This document shows positions 37,468 to 50,428 of a stretch of DNA of 64,000 bases, in pieces. The stretch's first letter is position 1. Every line of letters starts with the position of its first letter. The notes under the pieces were generated by a model. It did no database searches. It was given only the letters and a program-made list of their open reading frames with translations, and had not been told where the DNA came from. Source of the stretch: Octopus vulgaris (taxonomy: Eukaryota); assembly GCA_951406725.2 (NCBI GenBank), contig OX597823.1:17360001-17424000 (forward strand), written 5' to 3'. Made by a program: the position numbers and the translations under genes.

Positions 37468-38397
37468 AGAGAGATAGAGAGCGACAGCATGAATTTCTTC
37501 CATCTTCTTGCTCTGTTAAAGTATTTGAGAAATAATTATATTAATGTGTCCAACTGATTAAAATTCTGTTTATTTAAATTGATGTAATGATTGCATTGTT
37601 CAATTAAATGGAGACGCTCGAAACGCTCGTGCTGCATCACTTCTTGATATCCTGTTGCTTATTTTGATTATATATATATTTATATATATATATGTAAACA
37701 CCGTTAACAGGTAAGCTATTGTATATACATTAAGTATGATACATAGATGGCTACTTTGACTTAAAGCTGCTTCAGTTGCGTGATGAAATATTATCAGTAA
37801 AAAAGCTTCGTAAACGCTATAACAAACAAACAAACAAGTGGTTGCATGAAGAGAACATTGTGAGGTTAATACTTTGACTATTCTCTAATAGACTTGATTA
37901 GTTAAACAACTTTATTGCCAACACCGCCATCACATATCAACAACACATCATATCAACAATAACATCATACTCCACTCTCATCATCGACAGCAGCACCTGT
38001 ACAATCTCCTTCTCCTCCTTCTCCTTCTCATCCACCTCCTCTTCATCATCATCACTTTGTCATTAGGTCAACAAATTTACCCTTTATTTATTATCCTATT
38101 TTCTCTTTTTACTAATTTTAGTCTTTGAAGCGCGATCATGCTGGAGCACCCATTCGCTAACGTCTGTGAGTTTCGACCAGAAATCGGTGAGAAAACTGTT
38201 CAAGAAATTAGTGGCCAGCTGTCAAAGACGGAGTATATTGTAGACAGATGTGTGGATAGAATATTCCAGAAATATTCTAGACAGATGTCTAGTAAGCAAA
38301 TTGTGAACAGATGTCTGGTTAAGAAATTTAAGACAGACGCGTATGTAGAAATACCATCACGATCACCACCACCACCACCACCACCACCACCACCACC

Positions 38398-38448
<51 letters not shown>

Positions 38449-38594
38449 GCCGTTGTCGTTGCCGCGGTCATCAGCGTCGCTGACACCGTCGCCATTGCCA
38501 TCAGTATCGCCATGATGCTGTTGCTGCTGCTGCTGATATTGATGACGACGACAATATATGAATACAATAATAACAATATGATGATGATGATGAA

Positions 38595-38628
<34 letters not shown>

Positions 38629-38718
38629 CGGAGGGAATATCATATTTAGTTTGTTTAACAATTCTCTTCTCTATGATATTAAATATGCAGACATATAAAT
38701 AAATAAATAAATAAATAA

Positions 38719-38764
<46 letters not shown>

Positions 38765-38766
38765 AA

Positions 38767-38860
<94 letters not shown>

Positions 38861-39081
38861 TTTAAAGTAGGACTGGATCTCTTCCTGTCAGGTGTCTCGG
38901 ATGAACCAACTTCACGGCAGGAGGTGCAGATGAGGGCAGCTGCATCGAACTCTCTCATACATCAGATGGCGTTTGCTAAAAAGCATCCGTGAGGTAAACC
39001 CGTGTAGCAAACCAAATGGCGGTGCCCCAGCATGGCCACAGCTCATTAGCTGAAACTGGAAAAATCAAAATCAAAATCAAA

Positions 39082-39132
<51 letters not shown>

Positions 39133-39295
39133 CATAAGGGGCGGTGCACTGACAGAAACGATCCGGAGAAAATGCATTTGTGGTATTTAAATTCAGAGTT
39201 AAAATCCTGCCGAGGTCGACTTTGCTTTTCATCAGTTCAGGTTCGATGAAATAAAGTATCAATCAACTGGTGGGTTTAATTTAATTTACTGATAC

Positions 39296-39467
39296 CGGAG
39301 TGGCTGTGTGGTAAGTAGCTTGCTTACCAGCCACATGGTTCCGGGTTCAGTCCCACTGCGTTGCACCTTGGGCAACTTCTACTATAGCCTCGGGCCGACC
39401 AAAGCCTTGTGAGTGGATTTGGTAGACGGAAACTGAAAAAGAAGCCCGTCGTATATATGTATATGTA

Positions 39468-39544
<77 letters not shown>

Positions 39545-39770
39545 GTGTGTGTATGTTTGTGTGTCTGTGTTTGTCCCCCAACATCGCTTGACAACCGATG
39601 CTAGTGTGTTTACGTCCTGTCCCCGTAACTTAGTGGTTCGGCAAAAGAAACCGATAGAATATGTACTAGGCTTACAAAGAATAAGTTCTGGGGTCGATTT
39701 GCTCGACTGGTGCTCCAGCATGGCCACTGTCAAATGACTGAAATAAGTAAAGGAGTAAAAGAGTAAAGAG
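39296..39770 (+). mobile_element. SINE family B with internal (TATC)n
   Basis: Full head, core and tail. Confidence 0.9.
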
Positions 39771-39967
39771 TATCTCTTTTAATATAGAGATTTAAATTGA
39801 AAATCCCAAATGAAACTTCCGAGAGCTGTTTGCGCTTTGACAGCAGTTGGAAGCGTAAAATTCCCCAACGGTTATTCTATTCTCTTGATAGGCAGCGATA
39901 TTTAGTCTTGTTGTTTTTGAATAGTTTACGCATGAAATTATTCCACGCAAATCCCATAGTTAATGTA

Positions 39968-40419
39968 CCGTAAATCCTCGAGTATAATCCGCATTTCCCC
40001 CAAAATTTAAAGGTCAAAATCCCAAGTGCATACTTTGGGCGAGGTTAAAAATGAAAAATGTTTTCTAAGCAATGTCCGAGTCTCTATTTGCTGTCCAGCA
40101 ATGTTTATTCAGACTCATTTTATGATACCGGGCGCGAAAATACCTTAAGCTAAGCCTCAAAGCAATGAAGTCTTAAAAGAATCATCCATAACTTGCAGTA
40201 AGCAACATTTATTAAAATAAAAGTATTTAGAACACTGAATAACATATAGCAAAAACAATTTGCAAACATATTTACATTCCCATATAACGGTTAAGAACAT
40301 CACCAAGTTTAGAGAAGGAGTGCGTATTATACACAAGGTTTAGGTTTTTCAGAGGTACAGCCCCCTAAAAATCCCCTGCATATTATACTCAAGAGCGGAC
40401 TATACTCGAAAATTTACGG
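39968..40419. mobile_element. pogo/Tc2-type MITE
   Basis: TA|CCGTAAATCCTCGAGTATAATCCGC...GCGGACTATACTCGAAAATTTACGG|TA with subterminal TATTATAC repeats. Confidence 0.85.
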
Positions 40420-40976
40420 TAATTTTATCTGATGCAATCGATAGCGAGTGGAAAAGTAGTTACCATATTTGATGGCATATATGATGCGCTTCGAACCCTT
40501 CCAAAAAAACCCGTCTCAAAAGGCAATAAACAATCACCCGAGTTCAACATAAGAAATGGGCCTCTCATAAGGTTTAATGCACTAGCCCCACCTTATTTCC
40601 CCCCTCTTCGAATATAAGCTGCATCTAAAATATCCGTGCGTCTTTAGTAACACCAAAGACTCGAACTTAAGACGTAAAGGGATGTATAGAATCAAAGATT
40701 TTGTCGGATACGTTACCCATCATCCAACTCGTCGTCCTCGAAAGGGCGGAACCAACATTGAATGATAAGTTTTGCCTCTATCAAAGAACTGTTCAGTTTT
40801 TAAAACTACTTTATTTCAAAAAATATTTTTTTTCTCTTATTTTTAATTCGCAATCCATGAGTTCACTTCCTCCTTATGACATCAATTCATTATTATCGAA
40901 AGTTTAATAACATAAAATGTAATATATTCTAGAAGATGAGTTTCTTCATTATTCCTCCAGTATATCTTCACCCATA

Positions 40977-41362
40977 AAGCGGCGAGCTGACAGAAATGTT
41001 AGCACGCTGGGCGAAATGCTCAGCAGTATTTCGTCTGTCTTTACATTCTGAGATCAAATTCTGCCCAGGTCGACTTTGCCTTTCATCCTTTCGGAGTCGA
41101 TAAATTAAATACCAGTTACGTACTGGGGTCGATGTAATCGACTAGTCCTCTCCCCCATAATTTCAGGCCTTGTGCTTAGAATAGAAAAAGTATATATTCG
41201 CCCATCACTACGTTCTTAGTTCAAATTCCGCCGAGGTCGACTTTGGCTTTCCTTCTTTCGGGGTCGATAAATTAAGTACCAGTGAAACACTGGGGTCGAT
41301 GTAATCGATCAGTCCTCTCCTCCAAAATTTCAGACTTTGTGCTTATAATAGAAATGATTATT
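40977..41362 (+). mobile_element. two SINE family A copies
   Basis: Two cores, each with the alternative tail. ATTATTCCT(C/T)CAGTATATCT is duplicated on the flanks. Confidence 0.85.
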
Positions 41363-42247
41363 CCTTCAGTATATCTAATTTTATAAATGTTCCTAGAGGG
41401 CTGGTGTTCCTCTCAAGATTTAAAAAAATGGTTTAAATTTTTAATTTTTACGAATGAAAATGAGTTAAACGGATGAGACAAATCTCTTAGCGCGGGTTGT
41501 TGAGTTACAAAAGAATTTTGCTATTCAACCTTTTAGCTATGAGAGAAGACTGTACCCACGATTCTTTATAAGGCCTATAACGTTTGCTTACGATTTTGAT
41601 ATCTTACGTCGTAACTAAACTTTGCTGAGGATCTCCATTAAAGCTAAAACATGGTCGAAATTTTATCTTTGTATTTGGTTTGCAAGATTCTTGATGTGAG
41701 TCCGTGTGTTGAAACAGATTTTGTTATATATCGGGGTTGGGGATGGGGAGGTCATTATGCCAATAATAAACACCCGCACTGGTTTGAAGTTTCGTCTTTT
41801 GGTTTGTAAGATTCTTTATGTGGGTCCGTGTGTTGACACAGATTTTGTTATACATCGGGAATCATTATGCCAATAATAAACACAGGCACTGGTTCAATAT
41901 CACTTCTTTATCATTCGTCAATTGGTTAACCATTTAACCATTTAAACATTTAACTAGTCAAATTGTTTGATTTATCATTCGATTAATCAATTAATCAGTT
42001 GTACTTATCAAAATCCTTTCGTCGCCACTCACGATCTCTTCAATTATATGTCCACTCTATTCTTGCTCAGCTTAAGGTCTGTCACAGTTGGTTAACAGAT
42101 AATAAAAAAGTGACATTGGACCAGTGCGTGTGTTTATAATTGACCCTTCCGAGATATTCGAAATTGTTTTTTGCAGCAGCTAAAATATGATCCCACTAAA
42201 TGTAAGTATATAGGCGCAGGCGTGGCTGTGTGGTAAGAAGCTTGCTT

Positions 42248-42478
42248 AGTTCCTCATTTTGTTTTTGTTATTGAATATTGTGGATAATGTAAGAGGTTTG
42301 TTGCCTCATGAATGTATTATAAAAGATCAATGTTCTCGGGTAAACAACGACCGGCGGGCGTCGCTTGTTGCCTTCATTAATCATCATTTTCATTTTTTAT
42401 TTCATATAACATTATGTCTATGTCCAGCTCACAGCTTCTTTTCTCTATTTAAGGCCTTTGTGGCCAATATAATGAATA
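42248..42478 (+). mobile_element. 5'-truncated LINE-like 3' end inserted in SINE B (also in duplicate copy, ~44791-45021)
   Basis: 13-bp TSD AAGAAGCTTGCTT at 42235-42247 and 42479-42491. Ends GGCCTTTGTGGCCAATATAATGAATA. Confidence 0.75.
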
Positions 42479-42608
42479 AAGAAGCTTGCTTCCCAGCCAC
42501 GTGGCACCTTGGGCAAGTATCTTCTACTATAGCCTCGGGCTGACCAAAGCCTCTGTGAGTGGATTTGGTAGACGGAAACTGAAAGAAGCTCGTCGAATAT
42601 ATATGTAA

Positions 42609-42674
<66 letters not shown>

Positions 42675-42675
42675 T

Positions 42676-42712
<37 letters not shown>

Positions 42713-43416
42713 CTGTCTGTCTTCATTCTCCCATCACCACTTGACAACCGGTGTTGGTGTGTTTACGTTCCCATAAGCTAGCAGTTCGGCAAAATAGACG
42801 GATAGGTAAAGTACCACGCTTAAAAAAAAATAAATACTGAGGTGGGGGGAGGTTCATTCGACTAATAATTCCAGGCGGTGCCCCAGCATGGCCGCAGTCT
42901 AATGACTGAAACAGATTTAAAAAAAAAAGACATATACATATATATATATATAAAAACAAAAAGAAAAACAAACAGTAATTAGTTATCGTCAAATATTATC
43001 TTTTCATTTAACACCAAGATAACTTCAATTTTTTTCCAATCAATAAAAACTCCCCACCCAAATTTATAGCCTCCTGCATACGTTACAAATCATTAATCAT
43101 TAATCACTCTCGCCCAAATTTAATCATAATTCAGCTGTCTCTGTTCCCAGATATTAAATATGCTGACGGTCACTGTTTATATAAAGTTTTGTCTAGTCTT
43201 AACTTGTGTGTTAACCAGCTGCAGAAACAGGAAGTCTCTTAAACCTGTCGGTTGGCTGCAGATGAAGGATGATGGTGGTGGTATATCCAGTGTATTCTAG
43301 TATTGGTTGTGGTGGAAGTGGTGGTAGTGGTGGTTGTAGTTGTGGCAGTGGTGGCAGTGATGGCGGCGGCGGTGGTGGTGATGGTAGTGGTGGCGGTAGT
43401 GACATGATGATGATGA

Positions 43417-44030
43417 CGGCTGCGAGTTGGCAGATACGTTAGTACAACGGGCGAAATACATCGCGGTATTTCGTCTGCTGTTACGCTCTGAGTTCAAATT
43501 CCGCCGAGGTCGACTTTGCCTTTCATCCTTTCGGGGTCGATTAAATAAGTACCAGTTATGCACTGGGGTCGATGTAATCGACTTAATCCGTTTGTCTGTC
43601 CTTGTTTGTCCTCTCTGTGTTTAGACCCTTGTGGGTAGTAAAGAAATAAGAAACGTTAGCACGCCGGGCGAAATGCTTTGCGGTATTTCGTCTGCCGCTA
43701 CGTTCTGAGTTCAAATTCCGCCGAGGTCGACTTTGCCTTTCATCCTTTTGGGGTCGATAAAATAAGCACCAGTTACGCACTGGGGTCGATATAATCGACT
43801 TAATCCGTTTGTCTGTACATTCTGTGTTTAGCCCCTTGTGGGTAGTAAAGAAATAGGTATTTCGTCTGCCGTTACGTTCTGAGTTCAAATTCCGCCGAGG
43901 TCAACTTTGCCTTTCTTCCTTTCGGGGTCGATAAAATAAGTACCAGTTACGCACTGGGGTCGATGTAATCGATCAGTCCTCTCCTCCAAAATTTCAGACT
44001 TTGTGCTTATAATAGAAATGATTATTCCTT
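43417..44030 (+). mobile_element. SINE family A trimer
   Basis: Cores at ~43487, 43704 and 43878. Confidence 0.9.
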
Positions 44031-45151
44031 CAGTATATCTAATTTTATAAATGTTCCTAGAGGGTTGGTGTTCCCCTCAAGATTTATAAAAAATGGTTTA
44101 AATTTTTAATTTTTACGAATGAAAATGAGTTAAACAGATGAGACAAATCTCTTAGCGCGGGTTGTTGAGTTACAAAAGAATTTTGCTATTCAACCTTTTA
44201 GTTATGAGAGAAGACTGTACCCACGATTCTTTATAAGGCCTATAACGTTTGCTTACGATTTTGATATCTTACGTCGTAACTAAACTTTGCTGAGGATCTC
44301 CATTAAAGCTAAAACATGGTCGAAATTTTATCTTTGTATTTGGTTTGGAAGATTCTTGATGTGGGTCTGTGTGTTGAAACAGATTTTGTTATACATCGGG
44401 AATCATTATGCCAATAATAAACACAGGCACTGGTTCAATCTCACTTCTTTATCATTCGTCAATTGGTTAACCATTTAACCATTTAAACATTTAACTAGTC
44501 AAATTGTTTGATTTATCATTCGATTAATCAATTAATCAGTTGTACTTATCAAAATCCTTTCGTCGCCACTCACGATCTCTTCAATTATATGTCCACTCTA
44601 TTCTTGCTCAGCTTTAGGTCTGTAACAATTGGTTAACAGATAATAAAAAAGTGACATTGGACCAGTGCGTGTGTTTATAATTGACCCTTCCGAGATATTC
44701 GAAATTGTTTTTCGCAGCAGCTAAAATATGATCCCACTAAATGTAAGTATATAGGCGCAGGAGTGTGGCTGTTTTGTAAGAAGCTTGCTTAGTTCCTCAT
44801 TTTGTTTTTGTTATTGAATATTGTGAACAATGTAAGAGGTTTGTTGCCTCATGAATGTATTATAAAAGATCAATGTTCTCGGGTAAACAACGACCGGCGG
44901 GCGTCGCTTGTTGCCTTCATTAATCATCATTTTCATTTTTTATTTCATATAACATTATGTCTATGTCCAGCTCACAGCTTCCTTTCTCTATGTAAGGCCT
45001 TTGTGGGCAATATAATGAATAAAGAAGCTTGCTTCCCAGTCACGTGGCACCTTGGGCAAGTATCTTCTACTATAGCCTCGGACTGACCAAAGCCTTTGTG
45101 AGTGGATTTGGTAGGCGGAAGCTGAAAGAAGCTCGTCGAATATATATGTAA

Positions 45152-45213
<62 letters not shown>

Positions 45214-45214
45214 T

Positions 45215-45253
<39 letters not shown>

Positions 45254-45956
45254 CTGTCTGTCTTCATTCTCCCATCACCACTTGACAACCGGTGTTGGTG
45301 TGTTTACGTTCCCATAAGCTAGCAGTTCGGCAAAATAGACGGATAGGTACCACGCTTAAAAAAAAATAAATACTGAGGTGGGGGGAGGTTCATTCGACTA
45401 ATAATTCCAGGCGGTGCCCCAGCATGGCCGCAGTCTAATGACTGAAACAGATTTAAAAAAAAAGACATATACATATATATATATATAAAAACAAAAAGAA
45501 AAACAAACAGTAATTAGTTATCGTCAAATATTATCTTTTCATTTAACACCAAGATAACTTCAATTTTTTTCCAATCAATAAAAACTCCCCACCCAAATTT
45601 ATAGCCTCCTGCATACGTTACAAATCATTAATCATTAATCACTCTCGCCCAAATTTAATCATAATTCAGCTGTCTCTGTTCCCAGATATTAAATATGCTG
45701 ACGGTCACTGTTTATATAAAGTTTTGTCTAGTCTTAACTTGTGTGTTAACCAGCTGCAGAAACAGGAAGTCTCTTAAACCTGTCGGTTGGCTGCAGATGA
45801 AGGATGATGGTGGTGGTATATCCAGTGTATTCTAGTAGTGGTTGTGGTGGAAGTGGTGGTAGTGGTGGTTGTAGTTGTGGCAGTGGTGGCAGTGATGGCG
45901 GCGGCGGTGGTGGTGATGGTAGTGGTGGCGGTAGTGACATGATGATGATGATGACG

Positions 45957-47565
45957 GCTGCGAGTTGGCAGATACGTTAGTACAACGGGCGAAATACATC
46001 GCGGTATTTCGTCTGCTGTTACGCTCTGAGTTCAAATTCCACCGAGGTCCACTTTGAATTTCATCCTTTCGAGGGTCGATAAAATAAGTACCAGCTACGT
46101 ACTGGGGTCGATGTAATCGACTTAACCCCTTTGTCTGTCCTTGTTTGTCTCCTCTGTGTGTAGCCCCTTGTGGGCAGTAAAGAAATAAGAAACGTTAGCA
46201 CGCCGGGCGAAATGCTTTGCGGTATTTCGTCTGCCGCTACGTTCTGAGTTCAAATTCCGCCGAGGTCGACTTTGCCTTTCATCCTTTTGGGGTCGATAAA
46301 ATAAGCACCAGTTACGCACTGGGGTCGATATAATCGACTTAATCCGTTTGTCTGTACATTCTGTGTTTAGCCCCTTGTGGGTAGTAAAAAGAAATAGGTA
46401 TTTCGTCTGCCGTTACGTTCTGAGTTCAAATTCCGCCGAGGTCAACTTTGCCTTTCTTCCTTTCGGGGTCGATAAAATAAGTACCAGTTACGTACTGGGG
46501 TCGATGTAATCGACTTAACCCCTTTGTCTGCCCTTGTTTGTCTCCTCTGTGTGTAGCCCCTTGTGGGCAGTAAAGAAATAAGAAACGTTAGCACGCCGGG
46601 CGAAATGCTTTGCGGTATTTCGTCTGCCGCTACGTTCTGAGTTCAAATTCCGCCGAGGTCGACTTTGCCTTTCATCCTTTCGGGGTCGATAAAATAAGTA
46701 CCAGTTACGCACTGGGGTCGATATAATCGACTTAATCCGTTTGTCTGTAATTCTGTGTTTAGCTCCTTGTGGGTAGTAAAGAAATAGGTATTTCGTCTGC
46801 CGTTACGTTCTGAGTTCAAATTCCGCCGAGGTCAACTTTGCCTTTCTTCCTTTCGGGGTCGATAAAATAAGTACCAGTTACGTACTGGGGTCGATGTAAT
46901 CGACTTAACCCCTTTGTCTGTCCTTGTTTGTCTCCTCTGTGTGTAGCCCCTTGTGGGCAGTAAAGAAATAAGAAACGTTAGCACGCCGGGCGAAATGCTT
47001 AGCGGTATTTCGTCTGTCTTTGCGTTCCGAGTTCAAATTTCCCCGTGGTCAACTTTGCCTTTCTTCCTTTCGGGGTCAATTAAATAAGTACCAGTTACGC
47101 ACTGGGGTCGATGTAATCGACTTAATCCGTTTGTCTGTCCTTGTTTGTCCTCTCTGTGTTTAGTAGTAAAGAAATAGGTATTTCGTCTGCCGTTACGTTC
47201 TGAATTCAAATTCCGCCGAGGTCAACTTTGCCTTTCTTCCTTTCGAGGTCGATAAAATAAGTACCAGTTACGCACTGGGGTCGATGTAATCGACTTAACC
47301 CCCTTTGTCTGTCCTTATTTGTCTCCTCTGTGTGTAGCCCCTTGTGGGCAGTAAAGAAATAAGAAACGTTAGCACGCCAGGCGAAATACTTAGCGGTATT
47401 TCGTCTGTCTTTGCGTTCTGAGTTCAAATTTCCCCGTGGTCGACTTTGCCTTTCTTCCTTTCGGGGTCGATAAATTAAGTACCAGTTGCGTACTGGGGTC
47501 GATCTAATCGACTGCCCCCCCCTCAAAAATTTTGGGCTTTGTACCTAAAGTAGAAAAGAATATAT
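45957..47565 (+). mobile_element. SINE family A octamer
   Basis: Eight cores (~46026, 46243, 46419, 46636, 46809, 47027, 47199, 47417) with spacing alternating ~217 and ~174 bp. Confidence 0.92.
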
Positions 47566-47934
47566 TCTGGTGGTAGTTGTGGTGGCAGTGGTGGTGGTGG
47601 TGGTGGTGGTGGCGGTAGTCACAATGTTGGTGATAATAGTGATGACGACGTTACACGATGTCGATGATGATGGTAATAATGGTGATGATGATGATGGTGT
47701 GGATGACAACGAAGCTGGTGACAACAGCGATGATAGTGATAACGATTTCAAATTTTGGCTCTGGACAAGCAGTTTTGAGGGGATTACATCACGCCCAGAA
47801 TATGACTGGTACTCGGACTGTTCCATTTAAGAGTTAAGCACCTTACCTATGAACATATAAATAACCCGCCACCGACAAACAGCAGTCATTTATAGTTACA
47901 TGAACCGTTTCCTTTGAACACTAAATACTATATA

Positions 47935-48327
47935 GTGGAGTCGCAATGGCCCAGTGGTTAGGGCAGCGGACTCGCGATTGTAGGATCGCGGTTTCGATTC
48001 CCAGACCGGGCGTTGTGAGTGTTTATTGAGCGAAAACACCTAAAGCCCCACGACGCTCCGGCAGGGGATGGTGGTGATCCCTGCTGTACTCTTTCACCAC
48101 AACTTTCTCTCACTCTTACTTCCTGTTTCTGTTGTACCTGTATTTCAAGGGGCCGGCCTTGTCACTCTCTGTGTCACGCTGAATATCCCCGAGAACTACG
48201 TTACGGGTATACGTGTCTGTGGAGTGCTCAGCCACTTACACGTTAATTTCACGAGCAGGCTGTTCCGTTGATTCGGATCAACCGGAGCCCTCATCGTCGT
48301 AACCGACGGAGTGCTTCCATCCATTCC
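47935..48327 (+). mobile_element. SINE family C (tail type 2), full length
   Basis: TGGCCCAGTGG A box, GGTTTCGATTCC B box. TSD AAATACTATATA. Confidence 0.92.
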
Positions 48328-48484
48328 AAATACTATATACACCATGGGCATATATAGCAGTGAACTTTACTATCCCATCATATTTCATTACATTTAAGTA
48401 GGCTTGTCCATTTGTGAGCAGAATGTCTTGACCATAAATATGGCGTGAATTCTACTATGAACAGGGTATCTTTGCATGTATGTG

Positions 48485-48900
48485 CTCTTCTACTCTTTTA
48501 CATGTTTCAGTCATTTGACTGTGGCCATGCTGGAGCACCGCCTTTAGTCGAGCAAATCGACACCAAGACTTATTCTTTGTAAGCCCAGTATTTATTCTAT
48601 CGGTCTCTTTTGCCGAACCGCTAAGTTACGGGGATGTAAACACACCAGCATCGGTTGTCAAGCGATGTTGGGGGGGGGGGGGTAGACAAACACAGACACA
48701 CAAACATATACATACACACACACATATATACATATATATGACGGGCTTCTTTCAGTTTCCGTCTACCATATCCACTCACAAGGCTTTGGTCGGCCAGAGG
48801 CTATAGCAGAAGACACTTGCCCAAGATGCCACGCAGTGGGACTGAACCCGGAACCATGTGGTTGGTAAGCAAGCTACTTACCACACAGCCACTCCTACGT
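48485..48900 (-). mobile_element. SINE family B
   Basis: Full-length reverse complement. Confidence 0.9.
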
Positions 48901-49413
48901 GTATATGTGTTGTATTTGGAGTCAATGCATGTGCAGATTAGTGTTTCGTTTTATGTATATCTACTTACAGCTGTTGTTAAACCTCAGATCAGCCGTAATC
49001 GAAGATGCCTATGCTCAAAGGCATTCCAGTGATTACCGAGTTGTCCTTTTCTCCGTCTAGGATTATATTATATAAATATACCCTTTACTTTACAAAATGG
49101 CAGGGTATAAATTTAAGGAAATTTGGCTCTTGTTTCTAGTAAATCAAGTGATTGCATTGAAGCTTTGCAATTGGTTTGGGTCCCTTCTGTTTTTTAGCCA
49201 CTGGCTAGTCACCACTGAGTAAAGCAAAGATCAAAGACGTTCAAGCCATGATCCAAAACAAGCTGTGTTGTTTAGATCTAGGTCAAGTTGTGTTGTTAAA
49301 ATCTACGATCAAGGACATTCTATCTCGTTATCTAATGTCGTTCTTTTTTCCGACAGAAGCTAAGTCATATAGAATTCACTTCTACGTCAACGACACAGAA
49401 ACGAATTCTTCCA

Positions 49414-49720
49414 TTAGTTAGTTAGTTAGTTAATTTGGCTCAAAAGCAAATAGCAAGGCCATGTAGGGGGACATGGAGTTAAGTACAGGGTGGTGTTCAT
49501 GTAAAGAGTTCAGGCCACTTGAGGTCAAGGAGGCTTTGAACAAAGCGGTCGTCGGCATCTTCACCATCTCATCTGGCAGCTTGTTCCACGGATCCGCAAC
49601 CCGGACGGAGAAAGCTCCTCTCCTTCGATTGAGATGAAATCGTCGCAGGTAGAGCTTTTCGGAATGACCCCGCAGCCGACGCTCTGGAGCAGGAGTGAAG
49701 AACAGCTCTTTCGAGAGGTT
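49414..49720 (-). mobile_element. CR1-clade LINE 3' end
   Basis: Open frame NLSKELFFTPAPERRLRGHSEKLYLRRFHLNRRRGAFSVRVADPWNKLPDEMVKMPTTALFKASLDLKWPELFT* (RGH..KL, FS.RV...WN.LP, FK..LD), short UTR, (AACT)n tail. Confidence 0.92.
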
Positions 49721-50032
49721 AAATTAGATGGTAGGTACCTAATTTCAGCTACGTAGACTGGTCCATTTGCGACGAAGTGTCTTGTCTGTGGGAATATCAC
49801 TGCACTTACGTCCAGATAAGAACTACTGAAGCATTGGTTACCAAGAAGACACACAACCTACTACACTGACAATAAATTGGGATTTTTCTTTCTTCAACAA
49901 AATATTTTTATCCTCCTTCCGAAATTTCATTCTAAGTTTCACATTTCACTTCTTTCTTTTTTCGATCCTTTCCTTTTTTACTTGCTATATTTTCCTTATC
50001 GATCACTTATCATTTTGTATTAATTATATAGA

Positions 50033-50122
<90 letters not shown>
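50033..50122 (+). repeat. (CTAT)n microsatellite
   Basis: Direct reading. Confidence 0.97.
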
Positions 50123-50179
50123 CCTCCCTCCCCATCTCTCTCTCTCCCCTCTCTCTCTATATATGTTAATTGTTAAGGC

Positions 50180-50252
50180 ACAGTTACTGATGAGGATTCG
50201 CCTAGCAAATTATTTTATTTACTAAAATAATCCGAAGCCAAGGTATGACCGT
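50180..50252 (+). ncRNA. degenerate type I hammerhead motif
   Basis: ACAGTTA-CTGATGA-GGATT...AATCC-GAAG-CC-AA-GG-TA-TGACCGT. GAAG replaces GAAA and stem I has one mismatch. Confidence 0.55.
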
Positions 50253-50360
50253 AAATAATAACAATGTAAAAGTTTTTATTTTTCATTCCCTTCGAAAATT
50301 GCTCTTAAAATGTGGTTTTGGTCGTTTTGACTGCTTCTTCTAGTGTAAAAAATTACCTAT

Positions 50361-50428
<68 letters not shown>

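Larger units (their letters stand above)
41295..46090 (+). repeat. tandem segmental duplication (~41295-43560 and ~43958-46090)
   Basis: Unique sequence, nested SINE B, LINE insert and GGT tract are all repeated colinearly at high identity. Confidence 0.95.

Noticed and set aside
38138-38515. 125-aa ORF with poly-P/poly-S tail
   Set aside because: It starts in a SINE-derived ATGCTGGAGCACC and ends in trinucleotide repeats; no recognisable domain.
41625-41670. CTGAGGA...ATGGTCGAAA (also ~44290)
   Set aside because: The stem II base is mismatched and no stem I partner was found.
45957-47565. CRISPR-like periodicity
   Set aside because: The units are whole SINE copies with no unique spacers, in a eukaryotic context with no cas genes.
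47935-48010. tRNA gene (also ~26095-26170, 53755-53830, 9590-9660)
   Set aside because: A and B boxes are present, but they continue into SINE bodies with TSDs or are too degraded; no convincing cloverleaf with terminator.
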